DNA of 64,000 bases, taken from assembly GCA_041738615.1 (NCBI GenBank), contig JBGSPL010000001.1, positions 226,164 to 290,163 on the forward strand, written 5' to 3'. Under the pieces are notes generated by a model. That model worked only from the letters and a program-made list of their open reading frames with translations. It had not been told where the DNA came from and searched no databases. The position numbers and the translations under genes are program-made. The stretch's first letter is position 1. Every line of letters begins with the position of its first letter. Shown piece after piece: positions 18,525 through 28,383 of this stretch. Source of the stretch: Patescibacteria group bacterium (GTDB lineage Bacteria > Patescibacteriota > CPR2 > UBA1875 > CAIMLA01).

Positions 18525-20258
18525 CTATTTTTGCGCCTCTCGTATATCAATCACCCTAAACTCTGGTGTTTTACGGTTATTCCATTCATTGAGCTCCAGA
18601 GTTACTGCTAAATCATATGATTTCTCTGCTTCAAAGGTCGCCTGTTCGCCATATCCGAAAGCTATCCCGGATAGATTGATTCCTCCTTGTTCGATAGTGA
18701 GCTTTAGATGTACAGCGGGGTTTCCTACCAGTCGATAGTCGGCAATCCTCGCACCCATTATGGCAAAAACTGGCTTCTTGTTACCCCGGCCGAAGGGCTC
18801 TAACAAAGAAAGTTGCGATATAAATTCTTGAGTAATTTCTGTGTTCAATATGCTTGTATCTATCTCTATCTCTGGTTGTAATTTCTCCACCTCAATCTTC
18901 TCATCTGCAATCCGTACAAGCTCTTCATTTATTAGGACAAATTTGTCCTTTTTTAGACTAAAACCGGCTGCGAAGGCGTGCCCCCCGAAATGCTCAAAAT
19001 GAGTACCAATTGTAGCTAAGGCTTCGACTACATTGAAACCCTCTACCGACCTCGCTGAGCCCTTGATGGTATCCCCTAGATCCTCCGCGATTAACATCGG
19101 CCGCCTAAATTCGTCAACCAGCCTAGAGGCAACAATCCCCACCACCCCTGAAGGCCAGGTCTCATTTGCGAGCAAATAGATACTTTTCCGCGAAGGGTCC
19201 TTGGCTATGATGTCTCTAGCCTCTGTCACTATCCGTTCTGTAAGCTCTTGTCTCTCCAGGTTGATCTCGTTGAGATCAACCGCAATCTTTTGAGCTGCCT
19301 CCAGGTCCTCAGAAAGCAATAAATCAAGCGATTTCTTGGCGTGTTCTAGCCGACCCGAGGCATTTAGGCGTGGGCCCAGTAGAAAACCTACCTTATAGCT
19401 ATCTATTGACTCCACAGCCACTTCGGCCGTAGCCGAGAGAGCCTGAATGCCGACCCTTCTGGTCTTTCGAAGTACTTTTAAACCATAGTTCGCGAGAATC
19501 CGGTTCTCTCCCGTAAGTGGCACGATGTCACAGATTGTTCCCAGTGCTACGAGATCTAGAAGCCACTTCTCCTGCCCCAGGGGCAGCTTTTCTGTAAAGT
19601 GCGTCTGTATCGCCCTCGCGAGGTAAAAGGCCACTGCAACGCCTGCTAGCTCGTACAGGGGGTTATCTGGATCCATTCTCTTTGGATTTATCACCGCCAC
19701 AGCTTCCGGTAGGGTAACTTTGCCCTTTTCGTCTAACCGTAGTGTGTGATGATCCGTAACCACGACATCAATCCCTACGGTTTTAGCGTAAGCCACCTCC
19801 TCGATACTGGTAACCCCGCAATCCACCGTAATCAAAAGGGTAATACCCTCACTCGATAACTGTTTCAGGGCTTCGTTATTCAAACCATACCCCTCGTCCA
19901 TTCTAGAAGGAATGTATGTTTGCACGTCTACATCGATGGACTTAAAGAAACTATATAGTACTGCGGTGGCCGTCACTCCATCGACATCATAGTCGCCATA
20001 AATTGCTATCTTCTCCCCGGCTTCGATTGCAGCCACGATGCGGTCGACTGCCTTTTGCATGTCTGGAATCTCAAAGGGATCTGTGAGCGCCTCGAATTTA
20101 GGATTCAGAAAGGCCGCAGCCCCTGTGTCTGTATTAACCCCCCTTATTTGCAGCAACCTCGCAAAAACCGCCGAATAATCCGCAATATCAAGCTTCTTAC
20201 CGCCTGCTTCTGCAAATTTCCAAACTTTCTCTGATTGATAATCTCGTACTCTTGCCAT
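18525..20258 (-). CDS. recJ: ssDNA exonuclease RecJ
   Basis: YGDYDVDG, ITVDCG, TDHH, PRLNASGR, GSARS, GGHAFAAG. Confidence 0.97.
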   Translation of the reverse strand: MARVRDYQSEKVWKFAEAGGKKLDIADYSAVFARLLQIRGVNTDTGAAAFLNPKFEALTDPFEIPDMQKAVDRIVAAIEAGEKIAIYGDYDVDGVTATAVLYSFFKSIDVDVQTYIPSRMDEGYGLNNEALKQLSSEGITLLITVDCGVTSIEEVAYAKTVGIDVVVTDHHTLRLDEKGKVTLPEAVAVINPKRMDPDNPLYELAGVAVAFYLARAIQTHFTEKLPLGQEKWLLDLVALGTICDIVPLTGENRILANYGLKVLRKTRRVGIQALSATAEVAVESIDSYKVGFLLGPRLNASGRLEHAKKSLDLLLSEDLEAAQKIAVDLNEINLERQELTERIVTEARDIIAKDPSRKSIYLLANETWPSGVVGIVASRLVDEFRRPMLIAEDLGDTIKGSARSVEGFNVVEALATIGTHFEHFGGHAFAAGFSLKKDKFVLINEELVRIADEKIEVEKLQPEIEIDTSILNTEITQEFISQLSLLEPFGRGNKKPVFAIMGARIADYRLVGNPAVHLKLTIEQGGINLSGIAFGYGEQATFEAEKSYDLAVTLELNEWNNRKTPEFRVIDIREAQK

Positions 20259-20299
20259 ATATTAAGTATACTTGAGTTCTAAACCATTTAGGAGACTTT

Positions 20300-20788
20300 A
20301 TGACTGACATGCCAAGCCCCCACCATAATCCTGAAGATCATGTCCCACAAGACTTGCAAGAGACAGCTAACGACATAGGCGTCGGCATGAAGCTAGACGG
20401 AAAAGGCGCTTTTGTAGAGTATTCCACCGCTCCCGACCGATTTCCCGCACCAGAGAAGGTAGTCTATGAAGCACGCAAAAAGAGTGAGAATCTTCCTGAA
20501 GCCTCTGAGGAGGATATCAGGGACTTTTATAACGAGTTTGCACTAAACGCAGACGAGGTTATAGAGGATCTTGAAGAAATCGTTTATGGTTATACGTGCC
20601 TCAAGGATTCGTACTCTCTTCTCTACGGCCGATATGACCAGCTCGACATACTACAGAAACCAGAAGCCAAAAGGAAGCTCATCGAATCCGATGAAAGAAT
20701 TCAGAAACTGGAGGCCATGTTCGTGGTTCTCAAGAAACTCGCCTATGGGACTGAGTGGTTTTCGCAGATTCCCGAGTCCAGAGGATAA
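20300..20788 (+). CDS. Hypothetical protein
   Basis: 162-aa ORF with SD GGAG. No motif recognised. Confidence 0.6.
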   Translation: MTDMPSPHHNPEDHVPQDLQETANDIGVGMKLDGKGAFVEYSTAPDRFPAPEKVVYEARKKSENLPEASEEDIRDFYNEFALNADEVIEDLEEIVYGYTCLKDSYSLLYGRYDQLDILQKPEAKRKLIESDERIQKLEAMFVVLKKLAYGTEWFSQIPESRG

Positions 20789-21676
20789 CTATGCTCTCTT
20801 TCGCTTTGCTTTCAGCTCCTGCCAAGTCACAAGCAGAGGGCTCGCATTTAGGATAGATGAATAGCTCCCCGAGAGGACTCCTATTACAAGCGCAAGTACA
20901 AAATAACGTATGGAGCTGCCACCAAAGATAAGCAGCACCAGCAAGATAATCCAGACCAAAAATGAAGTATTAATCGTCCTTGGCAACATTTCGTATACAC
21001 TCACCGAAACTGTGTCTTCAAAGCTGTCGTAAGAGCCCTTGATCAGGTTCTCCCGAATACGGTCGAAAATGACGATAGTGTCGTGAACCGAGAATCCGAT
21101 AACAGTAAGGATCGCCGTAATAAAGAGTGGATCCACCTCGACGCCAAAGAAGTGCCCAAGTAATGAGAAAATACCGAGAACCACTAGAGCGTCGTGAAGA
21201 AGCGCCGTCACAGCCACTAGACCAAACTCGACTGAGTTGGCTGGCTTAGGGACTTTACGGAAAGAAAAGGCGATGAAACAAATAATCACCGCTGATGCAG
21301 CGAATACAAGCAGGATAGAATTCCTGGTAATTTCCTGCGAGATAGAAGCCCCAACCGTATCAACCCTGGTTTGCTTGGCGCCAGAGACATCCTTCTCTAC
21401 TGCTGTCTTCAGAGATTTCTGCTTTGCTTCGTCTACCGTCTTGGTTCGCAAGATCAGTCCATCTTGGGAAACCGTTACGACAAAGTTTTCCACTTTCTGC
21501 GCCTTCGCCACCTGCTCGAGCTTCGCCTTATCCTTGGTCCCGCTAAATTCCAGCTGTGTACCACCAGTAAAGTCAATTGAGGGTTTCAGCCCCCATAGAA
21601 GTAACGAGAGAGTACCAGGAATTATAATTACTAGGGAGAGGATATACCACCATTTACGAAGTTTTATCAGATTCAT
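20789..21676 (-). CDS. secF: Protein translocase subunit SecF
   Basis: SIDFTGGT, LLHD, GFSVHDTIVIFDRIREN. Confidence 0.97.
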   Translation of the reverse strand: MNLIKLRKWWYILSLVIIIPGTLSLLLWGLKPSIDFTGGTQLEFSGTKDKAKLEQVAKAQKVENFVVTVSQDGLILRTKTVDEAKQKSLKTAVEKDVSGAKQTRVDTVGASISQEITRNSILLVFAASAVIICFIAFSFRKVPKPANSVEFGLVAVTALLHDALVVLGIFSLLGHFFGVEVDPLFITAILTVIGFSVHDTIVIFDRIRENLIKGSYDSFEDTVSVSVYEMLPRTINTSFLVWIILLVLLIFGGSSIRYFVLALVIGVLSGSYSSILNASPLLVTWQELKAKRKRA

Positions 21677-23088
21677 TACTTATTTCTCCTAGTAAACATT
21701 TTGCTCAAAGAAAAACGTGTTTTCGAGGGTTTTCCCGTTTGATCTTCCCCTTCCACGTTAAATAGCCAATTATTACTCACAAATTTGTGACGTGCGATAA
21801 GCTCTATGAGCGCCCTAGTCCCGAGAAAGGTGGTAATGAGTCCAACTATGATACCGAGCGCAAGCACGATAGCAAAGCCACGAATGCTGCCGCCGGCATA
21901 CAAAAGCAGCGCGCAGATGATGAGACTGACGATATTGGAATCTCGGATGCTGCTCCACGCCCTGTTGAAGCCGAGGTTGTAGGCGTGATCAAAATTTCTT
22001 CCGTTCCGCATTTCTTCGCGAATACGCTCAAAGACGAGTACATCAGTCTCCATAGACATACCGATTGAGAGTATCAGACCAGCGATGCCACCCATGGTGA
22101 GCGTAATTCCAAATATTTTAAAGAGTGCCAGGGTGAATACTAGATACAAGGCCAGCCCCAAAGTCGAGAATACTCCAAGTAAACGATAATAAAAGATCAT
22201 GAAAAGCGAAACCACTATGACTCCCAGGATACCAGCAACGATACTAAGACGGATGGATTCCTGGCCCAGGGTTGCCTCTACCGTACGCTGCTCAGCAAGC
22301 TTAATAGGTACTGGTAGGCGTCCTGCGTTGAGCTGAATAGATAAATTCTTTGCCTCCTGCAAGGTAAACTTCCCTGTGATCTGAGCATTACCGCCAGATA
22401 TTTGGGCGTTTACATTTGGCGCTGAGACCAGAGTTTCATCCAAATAGATGGCTAGTGGTTTACCCACGTTACGTCCTGTGATTTCCTCGAATTTCTTCGA
22501 GCCCTCGGCGTTGAACACTATGGAGATATATGGGGCACCAGTTGTTTGATCAAAGGCAACCGACGAGCTCTTGAGCTCGGCCCCACCTAGGTCCGTTTCC
22601 GTGAAGCTACTGCCGTCTGCGTTCGATTCCTTGAAAGCGAGCTTCGCCGTTTTCCCGATGATATTCATCGCCGAGTCGGTATCCTTAACTCCAGCGAGCT
22701 CCACCGTCACTCGATACTCATTGCCATTCTTACCGGTATATACCACTGGCTCCGAGACCCCAAAGGCATTTATACGGTTCTCAATCACCTTTTGCAGAGA
22801 GGCCAGAGCACTGCTGCGCTCGCCAGATGCAATCTTGCTCATGTCTACTGTATACACCAAGTGGCTACCGCCCTGTAGATCAAGGCCCTCCTTGATATCT
22901 AGGTTATTATCAAATTTAAATAAGGTACCGTCCTTCTTCACGTTCACAAAAGGAAAGGACTTTTGAGTCGCAAACTTTGGTTTTGGTAACGAAAAGTGCA
23001 CTCCTCCTGGCCAATCTACCCCTAGTGCGAGGAGTAAAAAGATGACTAAAATAGAGACTCGAATCCAGTTGCGGCGTTTACTTTTCAT
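21676..23088 (-). CDS. secD: Protein translocase subunit SecD
   Basis: GLDLQGG, RINAFGVSEP, LAIYLD, VFERIREE. Confidence 0.97.
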   Translation of the reverse strand: MKSKRRNWIRVSILVIFLLLALGVDWPGGVHFSLPKPKFATQKSFPFVNVKKDGTLFKFDNNLDIKEGLDLQGGSHLVYTVDMSKIASGERSSALASLQKVIENRINAFGVSEPVVYTGKNGNEYRVTVELAGVKDTDSAMNIIGKTAKLAFKESNADGSSFTETDLGGAELKSSSVAFDQTTGAPYISIVFNAEGSKKFEEITGRNVGKPLAIYLDETLVSAPNVNAQISGGNAQITGKFTLQEAKNLSIQLNAGRLPVPIKLAEQRTVEATLGQESIRLSIVAGILGVIVVSLFMIFYYRLLGVFSTLGLALYLVFTLALFKIFGITLTMGGIAGLILSIGMSMETDVLVFERIREEMRNGRNFDHAYNLGFNRAWSSIRDSNIVSLIICALLLYAGGSIRGFAIVLALGIIVGLITTFLGTRALIELIARHKFVSNNWLFNVEGEDQTGKPSKTRFSLSKMFTRRNK

Positions 23089-23186
23089 ATCAGTGGTATT
23101 CCTTTTGTTAACTGATAACTATCTTAATACATAGACCCGCCTTCAGTCAAAGCGAACTAATCGTGAATTTCTGGTAGAATAGAGCT

Positions 23187-25157
23187 ATGAAATACTACAA
23201 AGTTGCGCCACTTACCCATCTTGCGAATACGGACGGACTGCTAACTTACGCTTCCGATTTGGTTTTAGCTGTGGGGAGCCTGGTCAGCATCTCCCTTCGC
23301 AATGGCAAAAAACAAGCAATTATAATTAACGAGACCGAAAAACCCAGCTTTGAAACCAAGGAAATATCTGCCGTTATTTCGGAAATACCTGTAATTGACG
23401 AAGCACGTATACAACTCGCAGAATATATGTCTATCGAGTATTTTTGTACCTTGGGCGAAGCGCTTGCAGCCATCTTGCCTGTTACCTTCGGGAAGAAACG
23501 CAGAGTCGCGGCCGATTCCCAGGTGACAGAAGAGGCCCCAGAGAAGAGCCTGAAACTATCAAAGGATCAGGACGGAATATTTCGTTCAATTATTACTAGT
23601 AAAAATAGCAAGCCACATCTACTATTTGGTGTCACTGGTTCTGGCAAAACCGAGATTTATCTCCAACTCATAGAGAAGCTCCTTTCGGAAGGCAAGGGAT
23701 CTATCGTTCTCGTTCCCGAAATATCTCTTACCCCGCAAACCGTGACTCGCTTCAAAGCACGTTTTGGAGATAAGGTCGCCCTCCTTCACAGTAACCTCAA
23801 GGAGACGGAGAAATTTCGTGCATGGCAGGAGATAGCAAGCGGAGCGAAAATGGTGGTGATCGGCCCGAGAAGTGCCCTCTTCGCACCCGTAAAGAACCTC
23901 GGCGCAATAATCATCGACGAGGCACATGAAAGCAGCTACAAACAAGATAGTACGCCGAGGTATCAAACGGTAAAAGTAGCAACCGAGCTTGCCCGACTTA
24001 CTAGTTCTGTACTCCTTCTCGGCACCGCAACACCCACCATTGAACAAATGTATCGCGCTGAATCTGGCAAGCTGCATCTTCACGTTTTGAGTAACAGAAT
24101 TGTACAAGCAGCTATGCCAGAGGTAGAAATAGTCGACATGCGAAACGAATTTCAGTACGGAAATCGCAGTATATTGTCCGAAACTCTGCAAAAGGAGATT
24201 AAGGACACTTTACTGCGCAAAAGGCAGGTACTTTTGTTTCTAAATCGCAGAGGTATGAGTACTTTTGTTTCCTGCAGGGAGTGTGGTTATGTCGAAAAGT
24301 GTCCCAATTGCGATATACCACTCACTTTCCATTACGGCGACCTTTCGATGCGCTGTCATCACTGCGAACATCGTGGGACGGCTCCTACGGTCTGCCCCAA
24401 ATGTACTAGCCTAGCTATTAAATACTTTGGTTCAGGAACTCAGAAGGTAGAGGTAGAGATATGTAAGCTTATTGGCAAAGAAACCAGGATTACCAGAATG
24501 GACGGCGATACGACAAGTACGCGTGAATCGCATTCAGACATTTTTGAAATCATAAAGTCCGGGAGTACCGACATAATCATTGGGACCCAAATGGTTGCGA
24601 AGGGTTGGGACCTGGGTAACATCGACCTCGTAGGAATCATATCTGCTGATGCGCTAATCAACCTGCCCGACTATGCTGCAAACGAGCGAGCCTTTGGGCT
24701 AATGCTTCAAGTTGCTGGTAGAACAGGCAGGGGCCAAACTCGTGGTAAGGTGATTGTCCAAACTTATAACCCAGATCTGGATATCTTTCGCTATCTGGCG
24801 AACCACAAATACAAAGAGTTTTATCAGCATACGCTTGGAGAAAGAGAATCTCTCGGCTATCCTCCCTTTTCAAAACTGGTAAATTTGTTGTATAATGACG
24901 CGAGTAATGAAGTGGCAAAAGCAGAAGCGGAACTACTTGCCCCAAAGCTTGTAAAAGCGTTTCAGGACACCGAGATTGAGGTGGCACTAATCGGTCCTGC
25001 ACCCGCCTTTATCCCCAAATTACGCGGTAAATATAGGTGGCAAATCACGCTAAAGATTAAGGATACTGGTATGCCCAACTCACGACTCTTGTATAAACTT
25101 ATTACCCAAACAATCACGAAAGGCTGGGTCATAGACGTTGATCCAAATGGTATCTAA
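23187..25157 (+). CDS. priA: Primosomal protein N' (replication restart helicase)
   Basis: GVTGSGKTE, VPEISLTPQ, DEAH, CxxC Zn clusters, QVAGRTGR, IDVDP. Confidence 0.97.
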   Translation: MKYYKVAPLTHLANTDGLLTYASDLVLAVGSLVSISLRNGKKQAIIINETEKPSFETKEISAVISEIPVIDEARIQLAEYMSIEYFCTLGEALAAILPVTFGKKRRVAADSQVTEEAPEKSLKLSKDQDGIFRSIITSKNSKPHLLFGVTGSGKTEIYLQLIEKLLSEGKGSIVLVPEISLTPQTVTRFKARFGDKVALLHSNLKETEKFRAWQEIASGAKMVVIGPRSALFAPVKNLGAIIIDEAHESSYKQDSTPRYQTVKVATELARLTSSVLLLGTATPTIEQMYRAESGKLHLHVLSNRIVQAAMPEVEIVDMRNEFQYGNRSILSETLQKEIKDTLLRKRQVLLFLNRRGMSTFVSCRECGYVEKCPNCDIPLTFHYGDLSMRCHHCEHRGTAPTVCPKCTSLAIKYFGSGTQKVEVEICKLIGKETRITRMDGDTTSTRESHSDIFEIIKSGSTDIIIGTQMVAKGWDLGNIDLVGIISADALINLPDYAANERAFGLMLQVAGRTGRGQTRGKVIVQTYNPDLDIFRYLANHKYKEFYQHTLGERESLGYPPFSKLVNLLYNDASNEVAKAEAELLAPKLVKAFQDTEIEVALIGPAPAFIPKLRGKYRWQITLKIKDTGMPNSRLLYKLITQTITKGWVIDVDPNGI

Positions 25158-25700
25158 ATGGCAAAAAAGATTCTCACTATCCCCAAGGACGAAACAACTC
25201 TACGCACCCAATGTGCAGAGATAGAGAAAATTGATGACGATGTAAGAGAGCTAGCAGCCCAGCTTCTGGAAACTTTGCGCACCAGCGAACGTCCCGGGGT
25301 TGGTATAGCGGCGCCACAAATTGGCGATACTAGACGCATGGTTATAGTGGAGTCCACCGGTTGGAAGAATGATAAAGATGAAATAGTTGGAGTCATTGCA
25401 CTCCAAACTCTTATCAATCCTGAAATTACCAAGTTTTCTGAGGAAAAGGAAGAACGTTTCGAGGGCTGCCTCAGTGTTCCGCTAAACAACGGCTATGTGA
25501 CTCGACCGAAGAAAATCAAGGTCACCGCCGTCAATCTGGACGGTGAAGCGGTGAACATTAATGCATCGGGTTTCCTATCTCGAGTCTTGCAGCACGAGAT
25601 AGACCACCTAGACGGGGTGCTCTTCACCGATAGAATCACTGACAAAACCAAATTGTTAGCAGTTAATGAGCCTACCGATGAACGTGAAACAGAATACTAA
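25158..25700 (+). CDS. def: Peptide deformylase
   Basis: GVGIAAPQ, EGCLS, QHEIDHLDG. Confidence 0.97.
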   Translation: MAKKILTIPKDETTLRTQCAEIEKIDDDVRELAAQLLETLRTSERPGVGIAAPQIGDTRRMVIVESTGWKNDKDEIVGVIALQTLINPEITKFSEEKEERFEGCLSVPLNNGYVTRPKKIKVTAVNLDGEAVNINASGFLSRVLQHEIDHLDGVLFTDRITDKTKLLAVNEPTDERETEY

Positions 25701-26613
25701 GACTATATTTTTGGGCACGCCTGATTTTGCAGCCACTTCCTTACAGGCGCTATACGACCTTGAATATGAGATTATCGGTGTTTTTACTCAACCAGACCGA
25801 CCTAGCGGTAGAGGTCAACAAATTTCCAAATCAGCAGTAAAAAACCTTGCCGAATCGCTCGGACTCCCAATGTTTTATCCAGAGACAAAGGCAGAGCTTA
25901 CTGCCCTAGTAACCCAACTACATCCAGACCTGGCTATAGTTGCTGCATACGGAATAATCATTGAGCAAGCAGCGCTAGATGTCCCCGAACACGGTTTTAT
26001 TAATGTTCACGGCTCTCTACTACCTAAATATCGCGGTGCCTCACCTATCGCAGAAGTCATACTCCAGGGTGAATCTTCTACTGGTATCACCATCATGCAT
26101 ATGGATGCCGGCATGGATACCGGCGCAATTATTAAGGAATTTCCGCTAGATATAGAAACAGACGATACCACCGCGTCACTCACGGGTAAAATGGCAACGC
26201 TGGGGGCCTCGGCAATTACGGAGGTGATTCCTGCCTGGATAGCTGGTAACCTGACCGAAACAGCACAAGAAGAAGCGGATGCTACATACTGCAAAAAGAT
26301 TTCAAAAACGGATGCTCATATCGATTGGCAAGAGTCTGCGGAGATAATTGCCCGGAAGGTCAGGGCATACTATCCTTGGCCAAAAGCATATACCAGTGTC
26401 GAGGGAACTCGTTTTCAGCTGCTACAAGCACTCGTTTCGGAAACTACAGATTTAAGGCCGGGTGAGATTTCCTTTACCACTAAGGAGACACACATTGGTA
26501 CAGGTTCCGGAGATCTAAATGTCCTAAGGATTCAGCCTGAGAGCAAAAATCCTATCTCTGGTAAAGAATTCGTCAACAACTACCCCGGCCTGGACTCAAA
26601 AAAAGCTATCTAA
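25678..26613 (+). CDS. fmt: Methionyl-tRNA formyltransferase
   Basis: FLGTPDFA, TQPDRP, NVHGSLLPKYRGASPI, MDAGMDTG. Start uncertain (25666 or 25678). Confidence 0.96.
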   Translation: MNVKQNTKTIFLGTPDFAATSLQALYDLEYEIIGVFTQPDRPSGRGQQISKSAVKNLAESLGLPMFYPETKAELTALVTQLHPDLAIVAAYGIIIEQAALDVPEHGFINVHGSLLPKYRGASPIAEVILQGESSTGITIMHMDAGMDTGAIIKEFPLDIETDDTTASLTGKMATLGASAITEVIPAWIAGNLTETAQEEADATYCKKISKTDAHIDWQESAEIIARKVRAYYPWPKAYTSVEGTRFQLLQALVSETTDLRPGEISFTTKETHIGTGSGDLNVLRIQPESKNPISGKEFVNNYPGLDSKKAI

Positions 26614-26637
26614 AAAGCCCCTCTCGGGGCTTTTTTA
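26612..26637. terminator. Bidirectional intrinsic terminator
   Basis: AAAAAGCCCC-TCTC-GGGGCTTTTTT. Confidence 0.75.
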
Positions 26638-26640
26638 CTT

Positions 26641-27036
26641 TTACTCTTGGACAAACTTGCCGGCAAGTACTTCCTTGATCTTATCTACCACCTTAGACGG
26701 AGTAAACTGGCTCTTCACAATGTACCCAAGTGCGCCAAGCTCCAGGCCTTTTTGGATATGGTCCTCCTGACCCAGATTACTCATAATGAGAATCGGAGTC
26801 GTGGCAAGCTCTGGATCCCCCTTGATTGCCTTTATTACGTCAAAACCATCCATCTCGGGCATTAGGATATCGGTGAGCACGATGTCTGGATGTAATTCCT
26901 TAACTTTCTCTATGCCGATGCGGCCATTATCGGCCACCTGGACGTCAAAACCGTCGAGGCTCAGCTTGAGCTGATACATTTTAGAAATGTAACGATCATC
27001 CTCTACAATCAATATTTTTGCTGGAGTATCTGCCAT
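26641..27036 (-). CDS. Single-domain response regulator (CheY-like)
   Basis: ILIVEDD, DILMPEMDG, SN, YIVK. Confidence 0.92.
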   Translation of the reverse strand: MADTPAKILIVEDDRYISKMYQLKLSLDGFDVQVADNGRIGIEKVKELHPDIVLTDILMPEMDGFDVIKAIKGDPELATTPILIMSNLGQEDHIQKGLELGALGYIVKSQFTPSKVVDKIKEVLAGKFVQE

Positions 27037-27090
27037 ATTCCCCCCTTATAACTAAATTATCGGGCCTAGGGGCCCTATGTGTCAATGTTT

Positions 27091-28050
27091 TTAGATTACC
27101 GTGACTTGCCCTGCGTTTTCGGAGATAGAGCCCGCAAAAGTTAAACCCGATGCCTTCACGTGCCCACCGCCTCCTAGCTGTCTCGCTAACCTTGCGACAT
27201 CCATTGCCTCATCTCGCGTTCTGAAACTCACTTTCATAAGTCCTGGTTCTTCTTCGGTAACCAAAACGACCAGCTTGGCTCCTTTTACTTGATTGAGGTA
27301 ATTTACGATACCCGACATGGCATCGCCAGAGATCCCACAGCTTGCGATGTCGTCGTATGTTAGATAAGTACTCGCTGCATGATATTTCTTATTTAGATTG
27401 AGCCTCTTCATCGCGAGACCCCAGAGCTTCAAGACGTCGACTTCCGAGCCTCCAAATAGTTGTGCCATTACCGCCTTTTGCCTGGCTCCGCGCTTTAGCA
27501 GCTCTGCTGCAACCTCTAGAGAATGCTGGGTGGTGCTCTGGTTTTGAAAACTAGAAGTGTCTGCCACGATCCCAGCGAGAAGTAGGGTAGCGATGTTCTT
27601 GTCCACCTCTACACCGAGTTCTCGAATCACTTCATATACCAGCTCGGAGGTGGAAGAAACGGACTCATCTCGCCAAGATACTGTAGCTAGTTGCTCCAAG
27701 TCCCCTGCCGTGTGGTGGTCTATATAGACACTGTTTTGCGCTGCCTCTAGATATTTATGAGCCAGGTCAGGGTCTACTGCCCGAGAGACGTCCGAGGTGT
27801 CCAAGACCACAAAAGTATCAAACCCTTCGTGAGCTGCTTCTGCTATTTCGCCCGTATAGTAGTAGAACAAAAACTCCAGGCTCTCTGGATACTTTTCCGT
27901 GGAAACAATTTCTACCTCTTTGCCCAATGCTTCCAGCGCCATTGCTAAGGCAAAAGAGGCTCCAAAGCAGTCCACATCCCCTCTCTTGTGGCCCATTATG
28001 ACCACCCTATTTGCATTCTGGAGGGTTTTTGATACGGCCTGGGCGTTCAT
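27091..28050 (-). CDS. nrnA: DHH/DHHA1 phosphoesterase (NrnA-like)
   Basis: GH..GDVD, IDHH, GIVADT, SFR, GGGGH. Confidence 0.88.
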   Translation of the reverse strand: MNAQAVSKTLQNANRVVIMGHKRGDVDCFGASFALAMALEALGKEVEIVSTEKYPESLEFLFYYYTGEIAEAAHEGFDTFVVLDTSDVSRAVDPDLAHKYLEAAQNSVYIDHHTAGDLEQLATVSWRDESVSSTSELVYEVIRELGVEVDKNIATLLLAGIVADTSSFQNQSTTQHSLEVAAELLKRGARQKAVMAQLFGGSEVDVLKLWGLAMKRLNLNKKYHAASTYLTYDDIASCGISGDAMSGIVNYLNQVKGAKLVVLVTEEEPGLMKVSFRTRDEAMDVARLARQLGGGGHVKASGLTFAGSISENAGQVTVI

Positions 28051-28376
28051 TATAGGCTTTCGTCTATGATCTTAGAGATCTTTTGTGCGTAATCGCCTGA
28101 CTGGTCAAGGAGAAAAGTGATGCGAGGTATGTTCTTCATCGTCAAAGTCGAGTTCAAATGTGTCTGAATCTCTCGCGTATGACGCCTCAGCTCTGCTATC
28201 GCCGAACCTCTGGCATCACCAATATAGCCAATCCAGACCTTCGCATTACGAAGGTCTGGGGTGCTCTCCACGGCTGTTATGGTCACTAACCCCTGCTGCC
28301 CCCGTAGATGCTCCTGAATATACGCACCTACCTCATGCTTTATCTGCTCATTCACTTTGTATAAACGTTCGCCCAT
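28050..28376 (-). CDS. rbfA: Ribosome-binding factor A
   Basis: Follows infB. VTITAVE.TPDLRNAKV, PRITF..D. Confidence 0.88.
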   Translation of the reverse strand: MGERLYKVNEQIKHEVGAYIQEHLRGQQGLVTITAVESTPDLRNAKVWIGYIGDARGSAIAELRRHTREIQTHLNSTLTMKNIPRITFLLDQSGDYAQKISKIIDESL

Positions 28377-28383
28377 CTTGGTC